Assembly (NCBI RefSeq): GCF_902459465.1
Contig: NC_047081.1
Span: 868,001-932,000, forward strand
Length of the DNA: 64,000 nt
Direction: 5' to 3'
From: Asterias rubens
Taxonomy: Eukaryota
Position 1 is the first letter of the stretch. The number at the start of each line of letters is the position of its first letter. The notes beneath the pieces are model-generated. The model saw only the letters and a program-made list of their open reading frames with translations. It did no database searches and was not told where the DNA came from. Made by a program: the position numbers and the translations under genes. Shown here one piece after another: positions 61,778 through 64,000 of the stretch.

Positions 61778-63002
61778 GTGTGGGACGCGGAGAGAGACCG
61801 ATGTAAAATTTATCAACATAAGTTACGACCATGAAATTTAACTTGTAAATAGCAGCAACACTCTCCCAAAACATATTTTTAATTCGCAAAACTCACCAGT
61901 TGTTTCTTTTGGACTTAGTTGTGCAATCGGAATAAAAGGCCAACATAAAAACACAAAATTCAGCAAAAACAACGACCCGTCAAAACTTCGCCAAACTCTT
62001 TCAGGAAGTAAACAGTCCGGAGTCCTACTTCCATATAGCATTCTTTACGCTATGAACGACTTGCAAGCACCAGACTAGTTACAAGGGACTTTTGCTCGCG
62101 GGATCTCGCGTGAACTCGTTAATTGATCGACATTAACCCTTTAGGTTATTTTATTTGATAAGGGGGTGGCAGACATTAAATAAACTACATTAAATTATGC
62201 AGAATTTAAACATTAATTTAAAAATTAGTAATTAAAATAAGTTTTTGGATTATCTTTTATTAATCTTTCAATATCAACATTTGTTTGTTTACGAAAACAA
62301 TAATGTTTAAATAAAAGTTGGCCAAAAGCAACCCCTGTTACACAAATGGTACAGTCCATGGCGGCTGACGCTTTGAATTGGAATTTGCAAAACACCTGTA
62401 CGGATTGTGACAAAAATGGCCGAATTTAAAAGGAATTCAAGATGTTTTTAGACAACTTTATCTCTCAAAGAGGAATATTTATCCTGCTCCAGTATGACAA
62501 GAAGTGATGTGCTCAATTTGATGACATAGAGTTTACGAAAAAGGTGAGTTTCTTGTGTTTTTGTTTTCAAAACCAACTGTGGAATGTGAAGTAAACAGCA
62601 ATTTACACACAGTGAAAATACGGTGGTAGCACATCACACCAGCAGTGCTTCAGCAGTGCACGTAGATGTAGTGCGGTCATGACAGTTTTACATTTTAATT
62701 TGTAGAAATTGTTACACAGTATGTGTTTGGAATGGACTGACCATTGTCATTTATTTGATGCGATGTTATAGAATGAGTCTAATGTTGTTTTAAAAAGTTG
62801 TAATTGGTGATAACTCAACAAAAAATCAAACTGATGAAACGAGTTTTTTTTTTAAGTATTGTGAATTGTGAATGTAACTGTAAGTAAAGATTTGGGTTGG
62901 GAATGGAAAATACTTCACTTCGGGGGGAGGGGTCAGGAAGGAGAGCCGAGATCATGCCAGCCATGCCAGACAGTTGACCCAGTGCAGAAAACATTCTTTC
63001 TA

Positions 63003-63082
63003 GGGATAACTTTCCGTATGGCGCCACCACTTTTTCACTAATTTTTACCAAAAAAGGGATATCTCACTGAGGTAAATTGGAT
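63003..63082. mobile_element. Left half of the same MITE family, interrupted by the foldback element
   Basis: GGATAACTTTCCGTATGGCGCCACCACTTTTTCACT matches 15563 onward. Confidence 0.8.
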
Positions 63083-64000
63083 GTCGGACACTTCGTACCC
63101 TGGACACTTCGTACCTTCGGGACACTTCGTACCGTACCCAAATTGGTCACTTCGTACCGTGGGCGGGGTACGAAGTGACCATCAGATAAGTCACTTCGTA
63201 CCGTCAGCCGAGTCACTTCGTACCTTCAGCCGAGTCACTTCGTACCTTCAGTAAAATTAAGTATATAACTGAATACCTCATGAATTGTTATTAATGTCTA
63301 AAATGTGAAAGTCCTTGTCAGTGTGAAGTTTAAAATATCATAATTTAATATTGTAACATTCGTGCGGATCAGCCATTCGTTCCAGTCAGCCATAGAGGGC
63401 GTCGCTCCGCTGGAAGTTTTTGAGGCCCGGTGTACATTACGTCATCCGATGTTTCCGGATATATAGGAAAAGATGGAATACCAGTTTTTAAGTGGTGGTA
63501 ATGGGTCATTAGCTGTAATGGGTCATTAGCCACTGGTTTGCAAAAACCTCAACTCATCGATCACGAAGCGCATCATAATCAGTTGACAAGTAATTAAATA
63601 AAACACCATTTGGGTTTGATTCATTTTTATTTCATAGCCTACTCATCACTATCGGTCAACATGTAAACAAATAAAACACCATTTGAGTTTAATTCTTTAA
63701 TTCACAGCTACATGTGGACACATGTAATATTATTATTAAGTAATTAATGCACAGGGGCCTCAATCGGTGCAATAAGTCTATTGGCAACACTAGCAATGTG
63801 ACCCTTCAGCAGTTGATGCAGAAATTCAGAAACTATGCAGAAATCCTGAAGGTACGAAGTGTCTCGTCTGAATGTACGAAGTGTCTCGTGAGAAGGTATG
63901 AAGTGTCTCACGGGAAGGTACGAAGTGTCTCAAGCGAAGGTACGAAGTGTCCAAGGTACGAAGTGTCGACACTTCGTACCTTCAAAAGGTACGAAGTGTC
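63083..64000. mobile_element. Foldback-type element with inverted subterminal arrays of (GAC/GTC)ACTTCGTACC
   Basis: Left array at 63083-63250 and inverted right array at 63851-63970; a further perfect hairpin runs to the window end. Confidence 0.85.

Overview
AT-rich, intron-containing animal genomic DNA. It is probably an invertebrate deuterostome such as a sea star; this is an inference from base composition, repeat types and a near-vertebrate JNK exon structure. Three multi-exon genes were reconstructed by hand from splice sites. (1) A PH+RhoGAP+coiled-coil gene of the ARHGAP22/24/25 (FilGAP) family on + (coding exons found at 3134-8243, 5' end unresolved). (2) A complete JNK (MAPK8/9/10-type, TPY motif) on - (10 coding exons, 22195-28711, 455 aa), with a probable non-coding first exon and CpG-rich promoter near 42.4-42.9 kb. 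(3) A second ARHGAP22/24/25 paralog on - (46104-51531, candidate upstream exons to 56687). JNK is therefore flanked by two mirror-oriented copies of the same RhoGAP. The rest is intron, UTR and intergenic DNA dense in MITEs, tRNA-derived SINEs, Penelope-type hammerhead-like remnants and minisatellites. Most notable observations: a tandem triplication of a JNK exon end with its splice donor; a candidate MITE-derived 25-nt exon that would give a short p46-like JNK; divergence at conserved GAP residues in the + RhoGAP; two hAT-like MITEs with 8-bp TSDs, one a 654-bp palindrome; and roughly 10-fold excess of TACATGTA. Most short ORFs in the supplied track are spurious. I found no prokaryote-type system (CRISPR, operon), rRNA or bona fide tRNA.
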